Assembly (NCBI GenBank): GCA_965116875.1
Contig: OZ220733.1
Coordinates: 576,001-640,000, forward strand
Reading direction: 5' to 3'
DNA from: Candidatus Latescibacterota bacterium
GTDB taxonomy: Bacteria > Latescibacterota > UBA2968 > GCA-2709665
Length of the DNA: 64,000 nt
The notes under the pieces: generated by a model
The model's input: the letters and a program-made list of their open reading frames with translations, nothing else
The model's database searches: none
What the model was told of the DNA's origin: nothing
Program-made: the position numbers and the translations under genes
Shown: positions 9,213 to 17,840 of the stretch, piece by piece
How the letters are laid out: the number at the start of each line of letters is the position of its first letter
Numbering within the stretch: the stretch's first letter is position 1

Positions 9213-10742
9213 TCAGTCGGGGCTATTCCCACCTTTCAATAGCTTCGCTTGAGGATGCCGCAAAAAGTGCTCGTCAAGAGCATCACCGATTGCTTTTAGT
9301 TTGCGTCTCGCGGCGATTTCTCGGATGCCGACACCATCTCTCCATTGAATCGGTTTCTTCTTCCGCCTTTTGCTTACAAGAACGAGCTTTTCCATCGCAT
9401 CGTCGTCGAATTTACCGGTGGTCCATATTTCGTACGTCTGATGATATTCACGTAGTCTCGGTTGTGTGTTGACGTAGTTTTGTATGACCGGAAGCTTATT
9501 TAACCATTTATTGACTTCGTCGAGCGAAACACTTCCGCCTGGAACCTTGCCTTTACACTCAATCGCGTGTACGGAATCGAAATCTTTCACACAAACTACA
9601 TCTAGATCGGCTCTATCGCCGGTCTCTGGATGAATGTGATGGACACCAAATTCGACACTTCCGCCTAGTTCTCGAGTAGCCACATAGCCGGCAATCATCT
9701 CGAACAGTACACCACGCAAATTGCCAGCCCGTCCCTCGATCTCTGAAAGGCTGCCAAGCAGTCTGTACAGTTCATCCACATTGACTGTGGCAATGTTTGC
9801 GACATCCTTTAGGTTCCGCAATAAGTTCCCGAGGGCGTATGCTACATGGTATCCGAACAGGTTCTTCGGTGTTGTCAGCACGATTCCGATCTTGTGCCCT
9901 TCGGTTAAGGCGGTGCTTGTAAAGCGTTCGGCCATTAAGATAGGAAAAAGTGGACCACTGTTTGAGGTCTTCTGATAGGTCTGTACTTTGCGCGAAAAAT
10001 ACCGGATGTGCTGAACGTCCATTTCTGCTTCAGCGAACACATCCGCGACAACAAACCCATGCCTGGAATTTCCTCTGTTGTTTTTGCCCTTAAGGGGAAG
10101 CAAGTAACTCGGACCGCATAGGTCCCATTTGAACTGACCCACCATCTGGTGACCAGGTTCACCTCGAATAGTTACGGTATTTATACTGCCAATGCCGTTC
10201 TTCCACACCCATTGACGAAGACCGTCCAGAAGTACACCTTCGGTGAGGCGCCGTGCTCTAATCTGCGCAGTGCTTAGTTTCCGAATCAAAGCGTTAGACT
10301 CACCGACCCAGCAGTGACCGAAACCGGACATTTCGCGATTCCCGATGATCCCGAGTTCCTTTAGCCTTCTTGCCACCTGGTCCGACGTGACTTGCTTCTT
10401 AAGCGCAATTGGTGCGCCGGTCACGACCGCGAATTCACCGATGGACACGACACCGCCTCTCGCATCAAGCCCGTCAATTGAGCACGCATAGATGCTACCG
10501 GTCTCCCGAAGGTCGCACTGAAGGTTGTACCAGAACAACTCGGAGTTTATCTGGTCACGCAGGTAGAAGAATGCTTCACGTTTTGGTAGAAGATCATTGA
10601 TTCGCTCCACTGGAGCGCGTGCCCTCGACATACGTTGTCGAGCGGCTTGCGTGGACATGCCATTCGAATCACTCAGGAGCGTAACAAGACGGCTTGTTCG
10701 CGAGGGACCGACTTCGGCGAGTATTTCGATGATGGGATTCAT
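9213..10742 (-). CDS. Hypothetical protein with C-terminal PD-(D/E)XK restriction-endonuclease-like domain
   Basis: 509-aa AT-richer ORF. GVLFE...ADLDVV...AIECKG fits the E..PD..(D/E)xK catalytic pattern. The N-terminus looks HTH-like. Confidence 0.65.
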   Translation of the reverse strand: MNPIIEILAEVGPSRTSRLVTLLSDSNGMSTQAARQRMSRARAPVERINDLLPKREAFFYLRDQINSELFWYNLQCDLRETGSIYACSIDGLDARGGVVSIGEFAVVTGAPIALKKQVTSDQVARRLKELGIIGNREMSGFGHCWVGESNALIRKLSTAQIRARRLTEGVLLDGLRQWVWKNGIGSINTVTIRGEPGHQMVGQFKWDLCGPSYLLPLKGKNNRGNSRHGFVVADVFAEAEMDVQHIRYFSRKVQTYQKTSNSGPLFPILMAERFTSTALTEGHKIGIVLTTPKNLFGYHVAYALGNLLRNLKDVANIATVNVDELYRLLGSLSEIEGRAGNLRGVLFEMIAGYVATRELGGSVEFGVHHIHPETGDRADLDVVCVKDFDSVHAIECKGKVPGGSVSLDEVNKWLNKLPVIQNYVNTQPRLREYHQTYEIWTTGKFDDDAMEKLVLVSKRRKKKPIQWRDGVGIREIAARRKLKAIGDALDEHFLRHPQAKLLKGGNSPD

Positions 10743-11193
10743 AACGGTGTCACAGTGCTCTATTTATCACAATTACATACTCTCTTGAAAAAGCACGCAT
10801 CGAATAACGCTCAATAGAATCAATTATTTAAGTCAGAAATTTCCCCGCACACATGTTATGATGGAGATTGGAAGACGACCAAAAATCCGATGTCTAAGAA
10901 AACGGCATGGAGCAGTCACAAGCTGCGGAGGTCACGTCCGGGACCTCCGCGGTGTCGAGATGGGATCCAGAGGTGCCGCCGCGTGCGAAGTGCCACCGGT
11001 TTACCATATAGTCCAGGTTGGTGCGCGCTGTGATTGAGAAAGCATACGTCACCACACGATAAATGACAACGCGGCAGTCCAAGGTTGCATCTGGCTAGCG
11101 GCGATGCATAAGCCGTAAACTTGGCAGGAACAGGCTGAACGAAATCTAGCCCAGGCAGTCCACGAAACCTAGCTGACGCGCTTACACCCAGGC

Positions 11194-11478
11194 CTACACC
11201 GAGAAACGGAGCTTGATGCCGCATGCCGCTGACACCCTCGCGAGGGTATCGAGTCGCGGATTTCGTCGCCCGGACAGCGCTCGGGAAAGGGCCACACGAT
11301 CCAGCTTGGCTCGTCGCGCCAGTTCGGACACGCCGCCCCGCGCTTCGGCAACGTTGCGAAACGCCTTCATGAGCAAACGCGGATCATCGCCCATTTCCTC
11401 TATCGCCTCGTTCAGATAGGCGGCGGCGTCTTCCGGCGTATTGAGACAATCGCTGGCCTTATGTTCTTTTAGGGGCAT
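11194..11478 (-). CDS. Addiction module antidote protein (HI1420-like, Xre HTH antitoxin), copy 1
   Basis: LNTPEDAAAYLNEAIEE..DPRLLMKAFRNVAEARGGVSELAR..LSRALSGRRNPRLDTL. RBS AGGAG upstream of ATG at 11478. Confidence 0.88.
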   Translation of the reverse strand: MPLKEHKASDCLNTPEDAAAYLNEAIEEMGDDPRLLMKAFRNVAEARGGVSELARRAKLDRVALSRALSGRRNPRLDTLARVSAACGIKLRFSV

Positions 11479-11479
11479 T

Positions 11480-11575
11480 TCATTTCTCCTGTTTTTATGC
11501 TTTCCAATGGGACTGAGCCGTAACAATATGGCTTGCTTGATGCTTCGGCGTTCTGTCGCCAGACAATTTCAACAT
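11480..11575 (-). pseudogene. Remnant of the RelE/HigB-type toxin C-terminus upstream of antitoxin copy 1
   Basis: Minus strand reads MLKLSGDRTPKHQASHIVTAQSHWKA*KQEK*, resembling the GGDKxTQxxDIxxAxxYW tail of the cognate killer proteins. Confidence 0.5.
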
Positions 11576-11721
11576 TGCAAACGAGGTCAATTTTCTGTGC
11601 CTAACGATCCCGTCTGAGACCCCCAATTTTTCGTGTTCCACTGGTGCAAAAACGGTCTATCTGGGGAGGCGCCTTTGTTCCCAAGATTTACAGAATTGGG
11701 GAAATTGGGAATCGTACGTGT

Positions 11722-12642
11722 TTACGTGCCCAAAACAGCTTTCGGACCCTTTCCAATGGTCGCTTCGATGCGGTAGCGCAGTCGTTCTGCAAGCTCCCCG
11801 GTGTCTTGCCAATCAATCGTATTGTACTGTCGAATGTCGAAGTGTAGACCATTCATGTCACTCTTCCTACACGTCCAAATCACCGGTAGGTTTAATCCAA
11901 GGGCGAATCCTGCCTCAAAGTAAACTCCGCCGCGATGCTTGGTGAAATCCGCGACGACGAACGACGACGCCCTAATCTGTGCGATAATCTCATCATCAAT
12001 GCGATTTACGTGCTCTATTCGGTCCACTCGAACAGGGTCATAACCCGCGTTCAAGATGCCGACTTGAAACCCCTTTTCGTATGCAGGTTTTAAATCTTGG
12101 TCAAACGACATGGCAACGAATCCCTTATCGGATTGCACACCTCTACGTGACAATTCGTCGGCGGCAATGTGCCCGCGTGGACGGATTCCAAACAGGCCGT
12201 CGGAAGTAATCCTGTGTACCAAGCCCTCTTCAATTAACATTTCCACCAGATAATAGACATCGGCGTCATTGTTGGAGTATGTGGCAGCAAGAAACCTCGC
12301 GTCTTCAATATGGAAACCTGTACCCAGTAATTCCTGACCTCTCAATGCTTCAAGCAAGAGACGATTCCTACGTTCGGCAACTTCCGGGAGAGCACGAGCC
12401 GATACGCTCTTGAGCACATCACTTGAAACCGTTGGGGTCGTGCCAATCATATTCTGATCATACACCCAGCCGGCGACCTTTGCCCGAACAGCCGCATCTC
12501 TCTCCTGAAGGATCGAGCGGGCAGTTCTTGTTAGCTTAAATTCGCCGCAACCCTCACATTGCTGCCGAACTCCGTCAAATCCAAGCGACGGTAGCGTCTT
12601 CGCGACTCTCTTGCAGATTTCACAGCGGACGTCGTCAGACAT
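11722..12642 (-). CDS. Zn-finger + wHTH + nucleoside 2-deoxyribosyltransferase-like domain protein
   Basis: N-terminal CEIC..CEGC. C-terminal GFVAMSF..IDDEIIAQIRASSFVVADFT..GGVYFEAGFALGL..PVIW..HFDI, an NDT/TIR-like fold signature. Confidence 0.75.
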   Translation of the reverse strand: MSDDVRCEICKRVAKTLPSLGFDGVRQQCEGCGEFKLTRTARSILQERDAAVRAKVAGWVYDQNMIGTTPTVSSDVLKSVSARALPEVAERRNRLLLEALRGQELLGTGFHIEDARFLAATYSNNDADVYYLVEMLIEEGLVHRITSDGLFGIRPRGHIAADELSRRGVQSDKGFVAMSFDQDLKPAYEKGFQVGILNAGYDPVRVDRIEHVNRIDDEIIAQIRASSFVVADFTKHRGGVYFEAGFALGLNLPVIWTCRKSDMNGLHFDIRQYNTIDWQDTGELAERLRYRIEATIGKGPKAVLGT

Positions 12643-12924
12643 GTAATGCTCATCTTACGAATAGATGCTCTGATCACGGAAACACGAATCCCAGGTATTG
12701 CTGTCGACACAGCTTCTCGACCGCTAGGTAGAATTCGTGCACCCGATTCAGCAATGCCGTATCTCTGACTCGTTCCAACCCAAAAATGCCCTTGCCACGG
12801 CTCACAGGTTGGCGGGAATTTCGTCGGGTTCTTGTCAGAGGTCCTCGCGATACTGCATCGACTCTTCGCCCTTATCGAAGGCGCTAATCTCATTTGCGTG
12901 GACTACGATGCAACCTGGACAGAC

Positions 12925-13308
12925 TCAGGTAAGTTCCAAATGTCCTGTTCGAAAGTCGATGTTTAAGCTCAACCCTCGAATGAAGTCCAGCCCAAGAAGA
13001 CCGTCGACTCCAGCGCTCGGCGGCAAGGTATGACCCAATACTGGAAAATCACCAGTCGTCCTTCCCAGGGCCATCATCCCGTCCAATTTGACGAGAGGAA
13101 CGAATTCGACCCCGCTACCAGTCGTCACCTGAACACGATCCGGGGCCATAGCCGGATCGTAACCGAGCGCAACAAGCATCCCCACGTTTATTAACGTACC
13201 CGTCGCGCCAGTGTCGAGCGCGAGGCGCAGAACTGCACTGCCGTTCGGCCCCCACAATTCGGCCGACACGATAATCAAGCCCTGGTTTGGATTGAAGCGG
13301 AAACTCAT
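12925..13308 (-). CDS. Retropepsin-like (clan AA) aspartic protease
   Basis: ALDTGAT catalytic motif and GLLGLDF second motif, 127 aa. Confidence 0.88.
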   Translation of the reverse strand: MSFRFNPNQGLIIVSAELWGPNGSAVLRLALDTGATGTLINVGMLVALGYDPAMAPDRVQVTTGSGVEFVPLVKLDGMMALGRTTGDFPVLGHTLPPSAGVDGLLGLDFIRGLSLNIDFRTGHLELT

Positions 13309-13532
13309 AATACGATCGCCGTATCCTTTGGCATCTGCCCTGTATACAAAATGGCAAACCGTGCTGGCCGCAAAGCCACCGCCTGGCGATAAACCTCCTC
13401 ACGATCCTTGCTGTGCCAGCGTATTCTACCACCTTGCACTTGCAGGGCATCATTGGTCTGCGGGTCTTCGATGAGGATCCATTCAGAGGCGAACTGTGCG
13501 TGTATCTGGGCAATTGTCAGAACATCGTCCAT
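13305..13532 (-). CDS. Small hypothetical protein (DUF5678-like) translationally coupled to the protease
   Basis: 75 aa, FASEWILI..HSKDREEVY. RBS GGAGG, and an ATGA stop/start overlap with the protease gene. Confidence 0.65.
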   Translation of the reverse strand: MDDVLTIAQIHAQFASEWILIEDPQTNDALQVQGGRIRWHSKDREEVYRQAVALRPARFAILYTGQMPKDTAIVL

Positions 13533-13615
13533 TCGTCGCATCCTCCAGTTGATTCATCACTGTGGTCGCAACACCGCCATCGAACATCTTGCACAGAAAA
13601 CTGCGGCCTGATGAC

Positions 13616-13800
13616 CTAAATGAGTGGTTCATCGGAGTAACTGCAAGAGTGCTCTTTCCTCGCCACTTTCGGCAAATATCGATCGCGAGAAAGAAATTCT
13701 TCAGGTCCCATGACAATAATCCCCAACTGGCTTTTCAGTTCATCGGCAAAATCCAGAATCCCTTTATCCCATGTAAGGAAATAATCTCTGCCGTATCTAA
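13616..13800 (-). pseudogene. 3' fragment of IS-disrupted PIN-domain gene
   Basis: Reads YGRDYFLTWDKGILDFADELKSQLGIIVMGPEEFL...* and is in frame with the 5' fragment once the IS and one TSD copy are removed. Confidence 0.85.
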
Positions 13801-15500
13801 CCCGAATAATTCATGAATCGTCAGATAATGCGTTTTAAGGAAGCAGAAAGAGCTTCCGAGAGAGACAAGAAACAAAACAGTGTGGTCTGTGACGGATATG
13901 TCGTGTTGAACCGGTATTGGCGGTGGGTGCAGGCAACACGATGGCTCTGAGGCGTCAGGTTGCGCCGAATGCCGCTGTCAAACGTACAGACGTCTCCATG
14001 GTCCTTGGTCGTGTCGATGCAAACGTGATGGCGAGGTCAGAACTTCGATGGATTATGGAACCCCTGTTGACAGATTATCGAGGATTTTACGATAAAGGTG
14101 TTGGAGTGGAAACGCCGTTGGAAGATGGAACTTGATTTTGGTTTTCAACTCACAAACGCGCGCTGCGACTTTCAAGATGCGGTTTTGCAGGGTATTGAAC
14201 TGTGCGTTGACCCACTTCGTGCCGCGCAATCCGATGGTCGCCAGGGCATGCATCAGGACATAGGCGACGCTGTGGAGAAAGAGACGGAAGTGATTGGCTT
14301 CAAAGGTGTGACAAGAGGTGCGATCGGAATGGAGAAAGGTTTTGTGATTCTTGATGAAGTTTTCCATCCTGCCGCGCGCGCAATAGACGTCTTTGTAGAT
14401 GAATGAGGGCTGGCTACTTTCGAGGTTGGTCACTACAAAGCGTGCATTGGCTTGTCCCGAAGCGGTGATTTCAGCTTTGTAGATGATGCGTCGTGGCGAT
14501 GCCCAGGTGTGGGCCTGGTAATCGAAACTGGTAAAGCGCTGCACCGCCTGTCCGGTTTCCCGATATTCTGCCTTTGCCTGTTCCATCAACGGATGTGCCT
14601 GTTGTTCAAGCCTGTCGTTTCCAGTCTGTCCCAGCACAAAATACACGTCGTGTTCGTCGCAAAAGTCGTGGACCTCAGGACAAGAAAAATGAGCATCGCC
14701 ACGCACAAAGACAGCCACGTGGGGCCACGCCTTACGAAGGGCTTTCACCAGTCGCTTGAGAATGCTGACAATCTGTTTGCCGGAAGGACGCGCACCCGGA
14801 CGCAGGAGGGTCGTGATCAGTTTCCCTGTCTGGCCTTCATAAATGTGCAAGGGACAGTAGCAGCGTTGATCATGATAGCCGTTGAACAGAGACAACTGTT
14901 GATTGCCGTGAACCTCGTCGTTGGTGTCATCGAAATCCAGAACGACCGCTTTGGGAGGCACATCGTAGGACGCAATGAACTCATCCACAAAGGCCTCGCC
15001 GATGCGAACTAAGTCCCTGCGACGAATCCCGTTTTCCAATCGACTCATCGTGGGTTGACTGGCCAGGTTCGCGTCAGAGGCCGGCAACCGATCACAGGCC
15101 ATCTTGAACGCGGGATCCTCGCGCAACAAATCGCAATCGTTCGCATCTTCATACGCGCACGCGATCTGGAACACACGCTGACGGATCAGGTCTGCCATCG
15201 TGTGGTCCACATAACTTGGATGCCGACGGTCCGTTAACGCCGCCACGATACGCGACAGGATGCCGGTTTGCAACCCCACCTCCCGAAGCAGCATCACCCC
15301 CATATCGCTGGTGAGCGCCCCGCCATCGAAGACGGCTTCCACCTGCTTGCCCGAAACACTTGCGAAAGAGAGCGTGCATTGATTATCTTGAACGTCCACG
15401 GTAGTTTCCTCCATTGTCGTTGTGTTATGGTTATGACCGTAACCACAATATAATACAATGACTTGGGTATGGAAACTACCTTTTTTATGAATTATTCAGG
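13801..15500 (-). mobile_element. IS1380-family insertion sequence, complete (1700 bp)
   Basis: Terminal inverted repeats CCCGAATAATTCATGAA and CCTGAATAATTCATAAA (reverse complement of the right end). 4-bp target duplication CTAA at 13797-13800 and 15501-15504. Confidence 0.93.
14053..15414 (-). CDS. IS1380 family DDE transposase
   Basis: FDGGALTSDMG, GYED-like AYEDANDC, ASQPTMSRLEN, VRGDAHF and YCARGRMENFIK motifs. Confidence 0.95.
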   Translation of the reverse strand: MEETTVDVQDNQCTLSFASVSGKQVEAVFDGGALTSDMGVMLLREVGLQTGILSRIVAALTDRRHPSYVDHTMADLIRQRVFQIACAYEDANDCDLLREDPAFKMACDRLPASDANLASQPTMSRLENGIRRRDLVRIGEAFVDEFIASYDVPPKAVVLDFDDTNDEVHGNQQLSLFNGYHDQRCYCPLHIYEGQTGKLITTLLRPGARPSGKQIVSILKRLVKALRKAWPHVAVFVRGDAHFSCPEVHDFCDEHDVYFVLGQTGNDRLEQQAHPLMEQAKAEYRETGQAVQRFTSFDYQAHTWASPRRIIYKAEITASGQANARFVVTNLESSQPSFIYKDVYCARGRMENFIKNHKTFLHSDRTSCHTFEANHFRLFLHSVAYVLMHALATIGLRGTKWVNAQFNTLQNRILKVAARVCELKTKIKFHLPTAFPLQHLYRKILDNLSTGVP

Positions 15501-16411
15501 CTAAAGTGAGTGCGCAGGTGATCCCAGTCACGCCAGTCCGGTCGTCTTTTTTCGTTCATTTTTTCAAGTTTATTGGCAATGTCGGTTGAGTAACGAAATT
15601 CCTCGAATTCTTGAGTTCCTGCAACGTCGCGACCTGCTTTCCAGTGCGAATAGCGAATTACAGATCCAATCTCGTCAATGGCTAAATTCGAAAGTTCGTT
15701 TATCTTGCCAGACAAGGGTTGGAGAGGAACATCATCCCGGATCCTGCCCGTGACTGCGATATCGACTTTGTGGCTTTTTCCGAGTTCCAGTAGCTTCTCG
15801 ACGACCTCGTTACCCCTGTGATCCCAGTATTCCCTTATTACATTGGTGTCAAGTGTCACAGTCGGAAGTTTACGTACCTCGTCTGTTACGACCTTGCCAC
15901 CTGACTCGGCATAAACGACCTCTCGTGCTCCGCTTCTGTCAGGAACGTAGAGACGAATCTCGATGTTTGGAGGGATTTTCTGTCCACTGGGAATAGAGCT
16001 GCGAATGCAGTTAAGGAGTTCACGCCGTACCGAGTCAACGACATAACCCCTGTCAGCCAGATTATCCAGCTCTCTGATCTCGCACAAGGGCACGGCTAGG
16101 ACACCGTCTATTTCGCTACTACTGATAGGGCGACCTGTGCGTTCCTCGGCACGGGTACGAATTTCATTGCAAATGCGCGTACATTCCTCCTGAAGATATC
16201 TTAGCAGAATGCCCTTGACAGGCGAACTCCCAAAAACAATGTTCACTTTAATCTCTTGAATTCCCTCGACATACAGATCCATGAGCTGCGGATTCTGTTC
16301 CGCGATCTGTGCAAGGAGCATCGTAGACAATTCTTGAGCTGAGGATTCCTGCAGAGCAAGATCCCTTTCGAGTTCTGCTCGCAATTCCCGAATGAGTTCT
16401 GATTTTTCCAT
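15501..16411 (-). pseudogene. 5' fragment of PIN-domain protein with an unknown N-terminal domain, disrupted by IS1380
   Basis: VTLDTNV PIN motif and DWRDWDHL. The apparent ORF end (SLNNS*) is read from the IS terminus. Confidence 0.85.
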
Positions 16412-16724
16412 CGGTTACACCTATTTACCCTGAGCCGTCAGACGACAAAACCTGAGACGTCCTTTTGCAAGCCTATTGCTGTTGTTTTACCGCTCTTCCT
16501 TCTTCGTCCTTCGATCGAAAATATCACCGGGAAGTTTTCAACGTCGGAATTCAATTCGCCAAGTTCCTCCGTGTTCGAAACCTAGAGTTGGCAGCACTCA
16601 CCAATAGGAATCGGATGCGAATATCGTCTGACCTTTAGATATCCAAATCAATGTACCGGAAACCAGGTCGCCTTTCGGGCCATATTAGCTCTACTTCCAC
16701 GAGCCACTGTGATGCCATTCTGTG

Positions 16725-17009
16725 TTACGCCGAAAAACGAAGCTTGATGCCGCAGGCAGCGGAGACCTTCGCGAGCGTATCGAGTCGTGGATTCCGACGA
16801 CCGGACAGAGCTCGGGAGAGGGCTACGCGATCCAGATTGGCTTGACGTGCAAGCGCCGACACACCACCCCGCGCCTCTGCAACGTTCCGAAACGCCTTCA
16901 TCAGCAGGCGCGGATCGTCGCCCATTTCCTCTATAGCCGCGTTCAGATAGGCGGCGGCGTCCTCGGGCGTCTTGAGGTAGTCACTCGTATTATGTTCCTT
17001 TACGGGCAT
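16725..17009 (-). CDS. Addiction module antidote protein (HI1420-like antitoxin), copy 2
   Basis: Close paralog of 11194..11478 with the same motifs. Confidence 0.88.
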   Translation of the reverse strand: MPVKEHNTSDYLKTPEDAAAYLNAAIEEMGDDPRLLMKAFRNVAEARGGVSALARQANLDRVALSRALSGRRNPRLDTLAKVSAACGIKLRFSA

Positions 17010-17082
17010 CGCGTCTCTCCAGTTTCAAGGCTTTCCAGCGACTTCTGGCGTTCGCGAGGTCGCAAACTCAGTTCTTGCTTAA

Positions 17083-17111
17083 ATTGTAGCCAATTGACTA
17101 CGCAGAGTCAA
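17083..17111 (-). promoter_or_regulatory. Sigma70-type promoter for antitoxin copy 2 with a palindrome over the -35 box
   Basis: Minus strand TTGACT-17 nt-TACAAT. TTGACT-N6-AGTCAA palindrome at 17094-17111. Confidence 0.65.
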
Positions 17112-17551
17112 GTGTTTTTCGATAGATCGAAAAGTTGAAACGCGGTGGGCTCCCGCTCAGAGTCGGTTTGTCCACCGCGTTGTGCTTCCACATTCAATGT
17201 CACGTTAATGTGCCACGTTTCTTAATCGTATTATTCAACCCGCTCCCGGAAGTTTGCTCACGCCTTAGCATCAAAGCGTTCAGGGAGGGCTCGTCCCCGG
17301 CAACATACGGATTCGGCCGAAATAGTCCCTGCCGAAACCCGTTCATTTATTGAGCCGGAATAGAATGTGCTAAACTGCATTCAGGAATTCGCTTTGTGGA
17401 TTAATAGATACGAGCGACTGGAAGTATGGCTGATTCGAGCGGTGGGTAGTTGCCGCGATCGAGGTAGGTAGAATGGTCACCGAAAGGATATCGTAGGTAG
17501 CGCCAGGGGATAGGTTTCGTGTACTACTGGGGAGGGAAATTGGATTACAGT

Positions 17552-17719
17552 TTAGAAAATCGGTTCTCCGTCCTCAAGAAGCATCTCGATCACTTCCGTC
17601 AGATTCGTGTTCAATTCATCCAATGTCTCGCCCTGAGAATGGGCGCCGGCAAAGCCGGGCACGTAACCGACATACAACCTGGTATCCTTACAATGTTCCA
17701 CGACCGCGGTAAAACGCAT
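17552..17719 (-). CDS. hicB: HicB family antitoxin (55 aa, probably truncated; absent from the ORF track)
   Basis: Manual translation MRFTAVVEHCKDTRLYVGYVPGFAGAHSQGETLDELNTNLTEVIEMLLEDGEPIF*. RBS GAGG. Confidence 0.8.
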   Translation of the reverse strand: MRFTAVVEHCKDTRLYVGYVPGFAGAHSQGETLDELNTNLTEVIEMLLEDGEPIF

Positions 17720-17840
17720 TTTTTCCTCACCTGATGGTTGGTCCTATACGTCTCGAATCACGTGAAAGACAGATTCGTCTGCAGGATATCGCATTGCCGG
17801 TGTCTCGCCGCCACGTTCATCCGCAACGGCCGATCTTTTC

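Noticed and set aside
15485-16411. 308-aa ORF as an intact gene
   Set aside because: Its stop codon lies inside the IS1380 terminus. It is the 5' part of a disrupted gene.
8940-17750. Integron cassette array hypothesis for the co-oriented island genes
   Set aside because: No repeated attC-like sites were found in the spacers. The nearby tyrosine recombinase is a housekeeping XerC next to topA and has no IntI-type insertion. IntegronFinder would be decisive.
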